A stretch of DNA of 64,000 nt from Candidatus Thorarchaeota archaeon SMTZ1-45 (lineage in GTDB: Archaea > Asgardarchaeota > Thorarchaeia > Thorarchaeales > Thorarchaeaceae): the NCBI GenBank assembly GCA_001563335.1, contig LRSL01000109.1, positions 1-64,000 on the forward strand, in the 5' to 3' direction. The position numbers and the translations under genes were made by a program. The first letter of the stretch is position 1. Every line of letters begins with the position of its first letter. Below the pieces are notes generated by a model. That model worked only from the letters and a program-made list of their open reading frames with translations, did no database searches and had not been told where the DNA came from. Below, piece by piece: positions 31,485 through 41,461 of the stretch.

Positions 31485-32183
31485 TTGACGCATAGTAATC
31501 CAATTCCTGCACTCTCTTGGAAGCCAATTCAAATTGAGGAGAAAATGAATCTCCTTTTCGATAGAGTTCGGACAACCCAGAGGGTGACTCCTGAAAACAA
31601 TACAAAGCTCCTGACTAAGATAGATAGATGGTTTCAAGATATGGAATACATCCAAAATTGTCTGGAGAAAATAAGAGAGGAGCTTGTTCCAGACTTAGAG
31701 AGAACACTCGGTTTGAATTTTATGAATGATGAACTTGTACAAGTTGCAATGTTTCAACCGAGTACGAAAAATATCTTCATGGAACTGGAAACACAGTATG
31801 GAGGAGATGAGGATAACCCTCTTGGAGAAGAAGGGTTTGCAATGATGACCAATTTGAGCGAGATGGCAAAAGTCATAGCACTAGTAGGTGATGCAGTGAT
31901 ATCATCAGCTGTCATCCAATATCTGTGGAAGCCACATCTTAGTAACGCCGGCCAAATTACTCAGAGAAGGGCGGAAATAGTGAGCAATGAGAGCATGGCC
32001 AAGCTCTGTGACAATTGGAATCTATATAAGTATCGCATTCATTTTGATCCAGACACACCAAGCAAGTCAGAGATTGAACATGACAAGGGAACACTTGTAG
32101 AGGCTATCTATGGTATTATTTACATTGAATATGAATACAAGCGTGTAGTGGGTCTGGTCAAGCATCTAGTCAATATTCAGTGA
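31485..32183 (+). CDS. RNase III-domain protein lacking dsRBD (Mini-III-like)
   Basis: LERTLGLNF, IALVGDAVI, RRAEIVSN and GTLVEAIYG. Confidence 0.8.
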   Translation: MTHSNPIPALSWKPIQIEEKMNLLFDRVRTTQRVTPENNTKLLTKIDRWFQDMEYIQNCLEKIREELVPDLERTLGLNFMNDELVQVAMFQPSTKNIFMELETQYGGDEDNPLGEEGFAMMTNLSEMAKVIALVGDAVISSAVIQYLWKPHLSNAGQITQRRAEIVSNESMAKLCDNWNLYKYRIHFDPDTPSKSEIEHDKGTLVEAIYGIIYIEYEYKRVVGLVKHLVNIQ

Positions 32184-33678
32184 GATCGTACTCGTCTTCT
32201 CGGTGTGTAGGAGCGTCAGTAACAGGGAAGGTATTGTCGAATCGCTTACGCACCTTTTCTGCGATTTTGGAATCAGCATATACACGAACTGATGGAATAG
32301 TGCTTGCTTGTTGTTTCAAGATGTGCATTAGAGGTCGACCTTCCTTAGTTTCGTCAAGACTGACAATATCAAAACCCTTCTCACCACCTACTAACAATGG
32401 GATTTTCCCAAGTGTCTTCTCACCTAGAGGCGGAGAAACTACGTCTATTACAACACTTCCCTCTTCGTCAGAGATTTCATTCTCTGCATCAACTAATTTT
32501 TTGATGTCATGAAGCATATCATGGAACAATTTTTGCGCGGTATTCTCAAATGAGGTTAATGGTCGAGAGAGTACTACTTTGAAGAGTTTGCGATATCTTA
32601 TACGTGCTGCATACTCTCTCACAAAATCAATCTCGGACTCTTCTAGCCATCGGAAAAGGTCCCCATCAGTCATCCGTGTGAAAAGAGCAATACATTCGTT
32701 CTTCGAGAAATCATCTTCTCGCATTCTGAAGTAAGCTGCTTTAGATATCATTGCTTCAGCAAGTTTGACAGCATGATGAAGATAAAGGTCGGAAAACATC
32801 CAGTTCCTACTTAGTATCAGTGCCTCCAGTGAGTGGATTGCTTTCAACATGAAAGCGCGGATGTATTTACCGTTTCGGGTCCTCACAACACGATTGGTTA
32901 ACATAACTCTCTCAGCTGGAAATATTCCGAGTTGAACTCCACTAAAGTGGGCATCTCTGATGAGGTAGTCAGTCTTGTCTATGTCCAGGGGATGATCAAG
33001 AAAATCGGAGAGAAGACCCATGATAGGATTATTTGTGCGTCTCCGAAAAATACTCACAACATCATTTGGTTCGATGTCATTTTGTGTGAGGACATCAGTG
33101 AGACTACTGTTTAGTATAAGATACTCTCCAAGATCAAGGTGATCGAGACCCACCCATGAATTGAGCGCGTACTCGATAGTATGACTAGTAGGAGGGTGCC
33201 CAACGTCGTGTAATAATGCGGCTGCTCTGAATAATTTTTGATGATACTCATCAAGCAGACGTGAGAAGGGTACAAAACATGCGGTATCCAAGTCATCACA
33301 ATAATTTACTACGCGAATTGATTTCTGTGCAAGAAAATTTGTACCTATACAGTGCTCAAACCGAGTATGTGTAGCTCCTGGATAGACAAGGTGAGCAGGT
33401 CCAAGTTGGCGAACATATCTAAGACGAAGCATTTCCCAAGTCGATATGATGTCAAGTTCCCAAGGTTCTAGGAGGACAGCACCATACACGGGATCTTGAA
33501 CAGCTTTCTGTCGTGTGTGTTTCTCGCCCATTCTAATGAAACGGTTGTGCTCTGAAATAGCTTTCTGGATTATCTCCCAGGATTCTCCCTTTTGTCTACG
33601 AGCTGAATCTATCTCAGACTCCCTAATTCCAGTCAAGCGGATGAGCGTAATCATATCGATATTGAGATCATCGGACAT
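32170..33678 (-). CDS. HD-domain dNTP triphosphohydrolase (SAMHD1-like)
   Basis: RLRYVRQLG, HTRFEH, LLHDVGH, DIDKTDYLIRD and YLHH. Confidence 0.9.
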   Translation of the reverse strand: MSDDLNIDMITLIRLTGIRESEIDSARRQKGESWEIIQKAISEHNRFIRMGEKHTRQKAVQDPVYGAVLLEPWELDIISTWEMLRLRYVRQLGPAHLVYPGATHTRFEHCIGTNFLAQKSIRVVNYCDDLDTACFVPFSRLLDEYHQKLFRAAALLHDVGHPPTSHTIEYALNSWVGLDHLDLGEYLILNSSLTDVLTQNDIEPNDVVSIFRRRTNNPIMGLLSDFLDHPLDIDKTDYLIRDAHFSGVQLGIFPAERVMLTNRVVRTRNGKYIRAFMLKAIHSLEALILSRNWMFSDLYLHHAVKLAEAMISKAAYFRMREDDFSKNECIALFTRMTDGDLFRWLEESEIDFVREYAARIRYRKLFKVVLSRPLTSFENTAQKLFHDMLHDIKKLVDAENEISDEEGSVVIDVVSPPLGEKTLGKIPLLVGGEKGFDIVSLDETKEGRPLMHILKQQASTIPSVRVYADSKIAEKVRKRFDNTFPVTDAPTHREDEYDLTEY

Positions 33679-33738
33679 AAGCTAGAAGCCTCATTTGATT
33701 GATTCCGAGCCCGTATTTAAGCCATCACAATTTCGGAA

Positions 33739-34284
33739 CTAACTCAATTCTCTTGACCTCTTCACACGTTCTCGTGCCGCATTGTACTCTAGGGTATTCT
33801 CGGACTCCATTGCCCGGCAGTATTCATTTGGTTGGCAATATCCCCAGCGGCGCATCAAATTACAGGATGTGGATCCTCTCGCTCTGTAAAAGGGAGTATC
33901 AATGAGATTTGTTTTAGTCAGATAGTTTGCTACTGTCTTAATGCTTTTCTTGGCAAAGGCTAGCCGTATACATGGGGGTGCTCTCTCTACTGTCTTCCAT
34001 TTTATCATTTTGAACAGTCGGTACCAGAGAAGACACTTCTTTGCTTCATAAAGTAAATCACATTTTGAACAGGTCTTGCAATGAATTGAGAGTTCGCATA
34101 GTTCATCACGACTCTGTTTTGTGAAACCTGATCCTCTCAGAAGATGGAACTTGATTTGTGTGAACAGTTCAGGAGTAAAAGAACCAAACTCCTCAGCGAA
34201 TTGCCGAAGTTCCTGAGCAACAATTTCTGAACTTGCAGCCCAAAGCGCAACATCAAGCTTAGGATAGTCCATTTGCTCTTTCAT
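33739..34284 (-). CDS. Cys-rich protein resembling the primase large-subunit C-terminal Fe-S domain
   Basis: APPCI...SCNLMRRWGYCQPNEYC...NTLEY; also CKTC/C..C in the N-terminal half. Confidence 0.55.
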   Translation of the reverse strand: MKEQMDYPKLDVALWAASSEIVAQELRQFAEEFGSFTPELFTQIKFHLLRGSGFTKQSRDELCELSIHCKTCSKCDLLYEAKKCLLWYRLFKMIKWKTVERAPPCIRLAFAKKSIKTVANYLTKTNLIDTPFYRARGSTSCNLMRRWGYCQPNEYCRAMESENTLEYNAARERVKRSRELS

Positions 34285-34332
34285 AGCAATATTACATTTG
34301 GTAAAGGTGGTCTTAAGCACATCAGTTCATAA

Positions 34333-34354
34333 TCTCAGATTTCAATATCTGAGA
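34333..34354. promoter_or_regulatory. Inverted repeat in a divergent intergenic region
   Basis: TCTCAGAT-N6-ATCTGAGA. Confidence 0.35.
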
Positions 34355-34425
34355 GATTGACCTTGCTGGAACAAATTTTAATTGTCACGAATTCTCCAGC
34401 TTCTTTAACCTAGAGGACGCCCCAC

Positions 34426-35433
34426 ATGACCAAGCTTGAAGTTATTTCAAAGGTAACCTTCAAAGAGGTCATCACGTCTGTTGAACTTGTCGATTTTTTG
34501 TCTAATGGACGAGCAAACCCAGTTGTTTCTACACTAAACGGGGATGTGATAGTTTATGAAATTGAGAAGAGTGGTGGTGACCAAGTTAATGAAATTGGTC
34601 GTGTTAGTGGACTGCCTCCATTAGCCGCTATGGGGATTGGGGATGTCATTGGAAACGGCACACCAGATTTTGTCATCGGAGGACTAGATAATATACTGCG
34701 AGTCCTTGTGAATATGGATGGTAATCTGAGTGTCGAGGCAGCAACACCACTAGGAAGTCTACCGACTGCTGTGGTTGTACTGAATGTTCTAAGCGATGAT
34801 AGGTCTGAGGTTGTCGTTGCTACTACTGATGGACACCTACGATGCTATGGATGGTATGATGTAGCTTTGGACAAGCTTGCTGATAAGGTCTTAGAGAGAC
34901 CCATTTTCTCGATACAACCAATACATAGCAGAGGGCTTCCATACAGTCGTTTTGTCTTTGGTGATGATACTGGTCATCTATTTGTGTATCAATATGCGGA
35001 TGACAGACTCCATGAAAGAGCAAAAATCAGCGCTGGAGGAGAGATTAGTCTAGTAGCTACAGGAGATATGACTCAGGATGGCAACTCTGAGATTCTGACA
35101 GTGTCTGATGGACGCAATCTTAGTCTGTTTGGTGTAGTGAAAGGAGCCTTGGAGAAGTTTGATTCAGTAAAAGCTCCAAAACCTGTTACTTCAGTCAAGA
35201 TAGGAAAGTTCTGGGACAACGGAATTGGTCAGATAGTTTCAAGCCACTCAAACTCAACGATAACTGTTCTTGGATTTGTGGGAAATAGAATAGTTGAAGA
35301 TACATCACTTAAGACCTCCAAAAAGTCAACCGAGTCGCACATAGCTATTGGGGATATTGATGGCGACTCACGTCCAGAACTTGTTCAAGCTGTTAGCACT
35401 GATCTTTATTTGATAGATGTTCTGGATGAGTGA
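34426..35433 (+). CDS. FG-GAP/VCBS-repeat beta-propeller protein without signal peptide
   Basis: Repeated GDVIGNG.PDF, GDMTQDG.SEI and GDIDGDS.PEL loops. Confidence 0.75.
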   Translation: MTKLEVISKVTFKEVITSVELVDFLSNGRANPVVSTLNGDVIVYEIEKSGGDQVNEIGRVSGLPPLAAMGIGDVIGNGTPDFVIGGLDNILRVLVNMDGNLSVEAATPLGSLPTAVVVLNVLSDDRSEVVVATTDGHLRCYGWYDVALDKLADKVLERPIFSIQPIHSRGLPYSRFVFGDDTGHLFVYQYADDRLHERAKISAGGEISLVATGDMTQDGNSEILTVSDGRNLSLFGVVKGALEKFDSVKAPKPVTSVKIGKFWDNGIGQIVSSHSNSTITVLGFVGNRIVEDTSLKTSKKSTESHIAIGDIDGDSRPELVQAVSTDLYLIDVLDE

Positions 35434-35439
35434 TTCGTT

Positions 35440-35859
35440 CTAATCAAGAGTAGGCTTAAAGACTTCGTCTGGTTGGAGAACTTTCACTGTCTTTAGATTT
35501 GTTTTTGCTTCAATCTTAGGAACTACATTTTCCTCAATCCATGCTTTCACAATCGAGCGAGCATCCTCTATTGTTTCCCCCTCCGCATTCATGTCGAATC
35601 TAATGAAGAGATGATAGGGCTCCCTTTCTGTGAGACCCTTCTTAATCATAGCCCAGAATGCTTTTGATCCTGCAGGAACGTCAATCCTACCCAAAATTTC
35701 AGTCCAAAACTTGCCCTCCATCCGTTTTGAAGTAATTGCTAGGTCTTTCAATTCAGGGAGTTCTTTCAAGGCGCCTAAGACTTTTTCACCTGTTTCTTTT
35801 GTATCAGTAACTTTTTCGAACTCTGCGATGAGGTAATGATCTGCTCTGAAATTGGCCAT
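35440..35859 (-). CDS. Hypothetical protein
   Basis: 139-aa ORF with a GAGGT RBS. Confidence 0.7.
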   Translation of the reverse strand: MANFRADHYLIAEFEKVTDTKETGEKVLGALKELPELKDLAITSKRMEGKFWTEILGRIDVPAGSKAFWAMIKKGLTEREPYHLFIRFDMNAEGETIEDARSIVKAWIEENVVPKIEAKTNLKTVKVLQPDEVFKPTLD

Positions 35860-35929
35860 GATTGAAACCTCAATTCATTGACTCATGGGCGGCCTAATTG
35901 ACTTGACTCTTAAGTATAATGGTCCATAG

Positions 35930-36538
35930 TTAGTCCAACATTTTCTTGTGAGCGAGTTCATCTCGATATTTGTGGATTCTATACATGGCTGTGAGAATAC
36001 CCATCATGCTGACCACCACAAGACCCCAGAGAAGCTGATCGAGAACAGAAAATACTACTAGGGTGAACAATCTCTCGGAACGACCTCCTAGCCCAATGTC
36101 AAGATTAGAAACACCCAAACTTGATGCACGGGAACGTGTATAGCTCGTAAGTAACCAACCAGAGATTGATATGATTACCCAAAGTTCCACATGTAGGCTG
36201 AGAAACAGCGTACCAGAATACTCTACAGCAATGGATCCTAGAATCATAATTTCTGAAGCCTTATCTGTAACTGAGTCTGTAAAAGCACCAATATCAGATG
36301 CAAGATTCCTCTCACGAGCCACAGCACCGTCGACTCCGTCAAATAGGCCTGATAAGAATACAAGAATTCCAAAAACGATAGAGGACCCTGTTAGATTAAG
36401 AGCAATTGCAGCAAGCAGAGCTAGTAATAGACTAAAGTAGGTTACTGTAAGAGGTCGAGTTCCTGCTCTAGCTAGTGGTCGAGCAATCCATAGTACAACG
36501 CCCTTGAAGATACGTCTGACTCTAAAATTGCTGGGCAA
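35930..36538 (-). CDS. CDP-alcohol phosphatidyltransferase
   Basis: DGVDGAVAR...GAFTDSVTD signature, SYTRSR and RSER. Confidence 0.92.
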   Translation of the reverse strand: MPSNFRVRRIFKGVVLWIARPLARAGTRPLTVTYFSLLLALLAAIALNLTGSSIVFGILVFLSGLFDGVDGAVARERNLASDIGAFTDSVTDKASEIMILGSIAVEYSGTLFLSLHVELWVIISISGWLLTSYTRSRASSLGVSNLDIGLGGRSERLFTLVVFSVLDQLLWGLVVVSMMGILTAMYRIHKYRDELAHKKMLD

Positions 36539-36541
36539 GTA

Positions 36542-37558
36542 TCATACCTCCACATTATACTCAATGGAGTCATAGATGACGCTCTTATGCACTCGGCTCC
36601 GAGGTGAAAGCTTCGACTCACCAAATAATATTGTATCAGTGAGTTCACAACCAATTGACATTGTAGAGTTTGAGCCAATTGTCACATTGGGTCCAATCTT
36701 GCAGTAATCGCCAATCTCACAGTTTGGAAATATCAAAACTGGACCTTGTAGATAGATTCCTTTACCAAGTGTAATTCTCGACTTTAACGATAAGGTATCT
36801 CCAATCTCAATACTATCATCATAAGGAATCAAAACGGATTCCGAGTTTCCGATGGCTCCGCGTCTGAGTATATGGTGATTCGTATCTAGGAGGTCAGACA
36901 ATGTGTCAATATCAAACCAGGGTTGAGTTACATCAAAGTACTGAACATGATCGCCATTCTTGAGTAATTCCTCCAACAGGTGAGTAACTCGTTCATTACC
37001 GCTGTCAATTATAGATTTACAAAGACCTCTAACACGAGTATGACCAATAAGCATCATTGCACTTCTCGCAACATTCTTGGGATTATCACCAGCTTCACCA
37101 ATTCCTAATACTAGTCCATCATCACCAAGCTCAACGAGAGTCCCAAATTTCGCATTGGAGCTTACTGCGAGCATTATACTTTCAGGAGTGCCAAACTTAG
37201 ATTTGTGCTCCAGTAATCCTATAACACTAGATGGTTCTATCATCGCATCTACGGGAGAAAGGAGAAAATCTCCATCAAAGGTTTCGATTGCTGAGAGCAA
37301 GGTCTGAAGAGGGCCTGTTTCGTAATTGTGTACATGAACGACATTAACATTGAGCTTCGAGTCTTTTACAAAATCCTCAATCATGGCTCCTTTCCATCCA
37401 ACAGATATCACAATATCATCAATTCCAGAACTAGTATATCGCTCAATCGCCCACTCTAAGAGCGTCTTTCCTGCAACTTCGACGAGCGCTTTGGGTATTT
37501 TTTTGGTCAAAGGTTTCATTCGTTCGCCTTTGCCAGCTGCAAGAATGACTCCGTGAAT
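36542..37558 (-). CDS. Sugar-phosphate nucleotidyltransferase with hexapeptide (LbH) C-terminus
   Basis: GVILAAGKGERMKPLT lies upstream of the track's ATG 37519, so the start is placed at ATT 37558; also PKAL and WFDID. Confidence 0.85.
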   Translation of the reverse strand: MHGVILAAGKGERMKPLTKKIPKALVEVAGKTLLEWAIERYTSSGIDDIVISVGWKGAMIEDFVKDSKLNVNVVHVHNYETGPLQTLLSAIETFDGDFLLSPVDAMIEPSSVIGLLEHKSKFGTPESIMLAVSSNAKFGTLVELGDDGLVLGIGEAGDNPKNVARSAMMLIGHTRVRGLCKSIIDSGNERVTHLLEELLKNGDHVQYFDVTQPWFDIDTLSDLLDTNHHILRRGAIGNSESVLIPYDDSIEIGDTLSLKSRITLGKGIYLQGPVLIFPNCEIGDYCKIGPNVTIGSNSTMSIGCELTDTILFGESKLSPRSRVHKSVIYDSIEYNVEV

Positions 37559-37633
37559 TTGGATTCCTCCTCAAAAACACCTTCAAACGGAAGGGCCATA
37601 TGTATGTTTGCAGGGATGGATTTGGGAACATCA

Positions 37634-38341
37634 TTGAGTGCCGAGATTATGAGAGTTGAGGACATGGAGAAATGCGATAATGTTATCGATAGAGCTGCAG
37701 AGGTCATTACAGCTGGTGGAATTGTCGCATATCCAACTGATACAAGTTATGGACTCGGATGTGATCCTAGAAACCGTGATGCTTTGGAACGACTTATTGC
37801 AGTAAAAAGACGTGATCGAAGACTTGGGTTTCCTTTATTATTTGCAGATGAGGCTCAGTGTGAGTTATATCATGATTTTCAAAGTCTGGAGAGAATAATC
37901 GTGAGAATATTCTGGCCTGGTGCACTCACCATAATTGTTGAGGCACGACCAGATGTTCCAGCACATATCACTGCTGGAAGGAGCACTATAGCTATCAGAG
38001 TACCAAATCATATAATCCCAAGAGGAATAGCTAGGAAGATCAGCGGCCCAATTATAGGCACAAGTGCAAATCGAAGTGGTGGACCAAACCCTTTCGAATT
38101 ATCAGTAGCTTTAGAGCAACTTGGTGATGAAGTTGATCTGTATATTGATGGAGGAGCTTCATCTGCTCAGGACAATTCCACAATAATAGGAGTTGAAGCT
38201 GCTGAAGCAGAAGGAGAGCCTCGCAACATTAAAATCTACAGAGAGGGTGCATTACCAATTTCACAAATTGAGGCAAGCTTGAAAGTGGATACGGACGCGT
38301 TGAGATTATGGAGCACACGAATCATTGATGCTGATATGTGA
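37634..38341 (+). CDS. L-threonylcarbamoyladenylate synthase (Sua5/TsaC)
   Basis: AYPTDTSYGL, KRR, FWPGALT, AIRVP and TSANRSG. Start probably TTG 37634. Confidence 0.92.
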   Translation: MSAEIMRVEDMEKCDNVIDRAAEVITAGGIVAYPTDTSYGLGCDPRNRDALERLIAVKRRDRRLGFPLLFADEAQCELYHDFQSLERIIVRIFWPGALTIIVEARPDVPAHITAGRSTIAIRVPNHIIPRGIARKISGPIIGTSANRSGGPNPFELSVALEQLGDEVDLYIDGGASSAQDNSTIIGVEAAEAEGEPRNIKIYREGALPISQIEASLKVDTDALRLWSTRIIDADM

Positions 38342-38886
38342 GGCGAGCCATACTGCGAAACTACAATTTACTTGTATCATGTCCGAGAGAGCGTGAACGA
38401 GCTGCAACATCTGAGATAAGATACTTCATCGGAGATTTGTTAGGGGACACAGAATTAAAGATATCTCGAACTCCTGTTTCTGGACTCCTTGCCTGCAAGA
38501 CATCGCTCGATCCCTTTGAGGTCATTAATCGTCTTAAAGAGTATGCGACAGAAAATCCATACCAGTTTCGCTTTGCCATCCGCTTTACTCCTCTGGAGGA
38601 ATGTGTTGATTCAGAGATTACCAAAATTGTAGAAGCAACACAGAAACTACTACCAAAAATTGGCGAGGAAGAGAGTTTTCGTGTGACTGTCAGACGGAGG
38701 CATACTGAGCTTGAGAATATGGAGGTAGTAACAGCTGTCGCACATGTTATCCCTAGGAACGTCAATTTGGATGCACCAGATAAGACCGTATTAGTAGAAA
38801 TTGTTGGAAACTGGACTGGGATTTCGGTTCTTAATGAGAAAGCTGACATTTTGTCAATAATGACTATGCGTGATGATATGTACTAG
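38338..38886 (+). CDS. THUMP-domain RNA-binding protein
   Basis: SFRVTVRRR and VNLDAPDKTVLVEI. Confidence 0.85.
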   Translation: MRRAILRNYNLLVSCPRERERAATSEIRYFIGDLLGDTELKISRTPVSGLLACKTSLDPFEVINRLKEYATENPYQFRFAIRFTPLEECVDSEITKIVEATQKLLPKIGEEESFRVTVRRRHTELENMEVVTAVAHVIPRNVNLDAPDKTVLVEIVGNWTGISVLNEKADILSIMTMRDDMY

Positions 38887-38897
38887 TGATGATCTTT

Positions 38898-39479
38898 TCA
38901 GCTATCAAATGCCACAAGAGAAACCCTACTCACTATACAACGAGAAAGAGCCAATAGCTTTGATTCTAACCCATCTGAGTCTGAAATTGTATTGATTTCC
39001 TTGTCACTGATGTCATAGTGGCTCTTTATTCGTGCTATTCGTTCTTTTGAACTTGGAAATGATGGGATGATCTCTGCCCCTATTCTTCTGGTTAACTCTC
39101 GAATGACCTTTTCTACAGAGTCTACATCAGGCCCAATTACAACAACTGCAATCTCGTCAAGGCCATCAAATACACCTAAGGCATCAATAGCCTTTCCTAT
39201 TTGTCGTTGTGCAGAAGCAAAAACAATGATTTCCACATCTAAACTCCGAGAGAGCATATATTCTCCTTGCTGCGCATTGAGCGCATTCTGTGCTGCTGAG
39301 AGTAAATGAATCTCATCTGCAATCAACAATCCATTGAGAAGTTGAACTGTGAGAACATCGCTTGATAGAGATGCAGCAATCTGTATCAATTCTTTCTGTT
39401 CCAGGTCATTTGAGTTATGAAGATCTGTAATTCCAATGATTTTCCCGGTGGTTTCATTCCCAAGTTGCTCAATTCGCAA
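38898..39479 (-). CDS. cgi121: KEOPS complex subunit Cgi121
   Basis: HLLSAAQNA...RSLDVEIIVFASAQRQIGKAI..LG. Confidence 0.88.
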   Translation of the reverse strand: MRIEQLGNETTGKIIGITDLHNSNDLEQKELIQIAASLSSDVLTVQLLNGLLIADEIHLLSAAQNALNAQQGEYMLSRSLDVEIIVFASAQRQIGKAIDALGVFDGLDEIAVVVIGPDVDSVEKVIRELTRRIGAEIIPSFPSSKERIARIKSHYDISDKEINTISDSDGLESKLLALSRCIVSRVSLVAFDS

Positions 39480-39494
39480 TGAGTTGACCTCACA

Positions 39495-40076
39495 TCAAAG
39501 ACGACTGATGAAATAATCAGCAACAGTTGGTTCAAATCCGACATCAAAAACAAGCTTGTCCCTAATCTCTTTCATTGTGAGTGACTCATCTTCAGATTTG
39601 AAAATCTTGACTAAAGCAATGATTGACTCACGGTTCTCCCAAGGATATACTGTCCAACTAGAAGTTTTGACCATGAAATAGTCAGGTTTTACTATAGATG
39701 TTGGCTTGTAGTGCAACACAGCTGAACGAACAGAAGCTGCACCAAGCTCCTTTACATGATTGATTGCATGCTGTAATGTGTCACCAGTATCTGCAACCTC
39801 ATCAACCAAGAGTACGTTCTTCTTCTCCATCGACCCTGTCAAAGGTTGAGTGATTTGAGGTGCCTTTCCTTTAATCCCAACATCGGTGTAGTATTCAATG
39901 CGGACATTCTGCAAAGCACTTGCATAAAGTACGTCAGAGAGAATTCGCGCTGGAATCCACCCACCTCTTGCAATCCCGACAATGACATCTGGTACAAATC
40001 CACTGTTTACAATTCGTTCAGATAATTGAAGAGTAAGATTATACACATCTTGCCAGCTAAGAATCAGATAATCCAT
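39495..40076 (-). CDS. Purine phosphoribosyltransferase
   Basis: IARGG, LLVDEVADTGDTL and YPWE. Confidence 0.9.
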   Translation of the reverse strand: MDYLILSWQDVYNLTLQLSERIVNSGFVPDVIVGIARGGWIPARILSDVLYASALQNVRIEYYTDVGIKGKAPQITQPLTGSMEKKNVLLVDEVADTGDTLQHAINHVKELGAASVRSAVLHYKPTSIVKPDYFMVKTSSWTVYPWENRESIIALVKIFKSEDESLTMKEIRDKLVFDVGFEPTVADYFISRL

Positions 40077-40186
40077 GATCAGGTACTCCAGTTCTGCCTT
40101 GAGGGTTTCGAACGCCCCTCCTTAATTAATCCGTCTGATTTATTGCTGGACAATCCAAATCAGAGAACCTGTATCTTTAAGGTAGA

Positions 40187-41461
40187 GTGGAAACAATGAA
40201 ACCAGACCTTCTCCTTACAAATATTGGACAGGTTGCTACACTAGCAGGACACAGTGACTCTCCAAAGACTGGAGTACAGATGAATGAGCTATCTATAATT
40301 GAGAACGGCGCTATAGCAATCAGAGATGGTAAAATCATCGCTGTTGGACCTACAAAAGAAGTTCTTTCACAATTGACTGAAGAGCCAAAACTTCCCGCAA
40401 TTGAATTCCCCGGAATGCTTGCTACACCAGGTTTCATAGATAGTCATACTCACCTTATTTTCGGAGGATCAAGAGAGCACGATTTTGCTATGAAACTTGC
40501 AGGGAAGTCGTATCTTGAGATCCTTGAAGCTGGTGGTGGGATTCTGAATACTCTTCGATCTACGAGAGCGGCAAGCCAAAGCGAGTTGGTTAGGAACTCA
40601 TTCTCTTATGCCGAGAGTATGTTGAGTATGGGATGTACTACAATTGAAGCAAAGAGTGGATACGGGCTTGATACAGAGAATGAGCTTAAGATGCTTAGAG
40701 CTGCGGAGAGTTTAAGGAAAAAGCTACCAATCAATCTAGTTTCAACCTTTATTGGAGCACATGCTGTTCCTCCGGAATATGAGGAGAGGACCGAAGAATA
40801 TGTGGACCTTGTCGTTGATGAAATGATTCCAGCTGTAGCTGAAAACAAGCTGGCAGAGTTTTGCGACGTTTTCTGTGAAGAAGGTGTTTTTGACATTGAC
40901 CAATCAAGGAGGATTCTTCTTGCGGCAAAAGGTAAGGGGATGAAGCTCAAAATTCATGCTGATGAAATCGTACAGCTCGGTGGAGCGTTTCTAGCTGCTG
41001 AAGTTGGAGCAGTCTCAGCAGACCACTTATTGATGGCATCGGATGATGGTCTTGAGGCGATGCTTAGAGCAGGTACAATTGCGACCCTCTTGCCTGCAAC
41101 AGCATTCAGCCTTGATACGAGTTATGCAGATGCGCGCAAGATGATAGAGATGGGATTACCTGTATCTCTTGCGACTGACTTTAATCCAAATTGCGCAAAT
41201 GAGTCTCTGTTCTTCACCATCGCGTTGTCGTGCTACAAGATGAAGATGACGCCCAGAGAGGCGCTCTCCGCAGTCACCATCAATGCGGCCCATGCCCTAG
41301 ACATAGGAGCAACCCACGGGAGCATTGAGGTGGGAAAAGCAGCTGATATCCTCGTACTTGACTGTCCCAATCCAGAGTACCTAACTTGGAGGTTCGGTGT
41401 CAATTTGGTTCACACTGTCATCTCAGATGGACAAGTAATTCATACAAAGCTGGGACCCTAG
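40187..41461 (+). CDS. hutI: Imidazolonepropionase
   Basis: PGFIDSHTHL, GGGIL, EAKSGYGL, DVFCE, HADE, SADHL and ATDFNP. Confidence 0.95.
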   Translation: METMKPDLLLTNIGQVATLAGHSDSPKTGVQMNELSIIENGAIAIRDGKIIAVGPTKEVLSQLTEEPKLPAIEFPGMLATPGFIDSHTHLIFGGSREHDFAMKLAGKSYLEILEAGGGILNTLRSTRAASQSELVRNSFSYAESMLSMGCTTIEAKSGYGLDTENELKMLRAAESLRKKLPINLVSTFIGAHAVPPEYEERTEEYVDLVVDEMIPAVAENKLAEFCDVFCEEGVFDIDQSRRILLAAKGKGMKLKIHADEIVQLGGAFLAAEVGAVSADHLLMASDDGLEAMLRAGTIATLLPATAFSLDTSYADARKMIEMGLPVSLATDFNPNCANESLFFTIALSCYKMKMTPREALSAVTINAAHALDIGATHGSIEVGKAADILVLDCPNPEYLTWRFGVNLVHTVISDGQVIHTKLGP

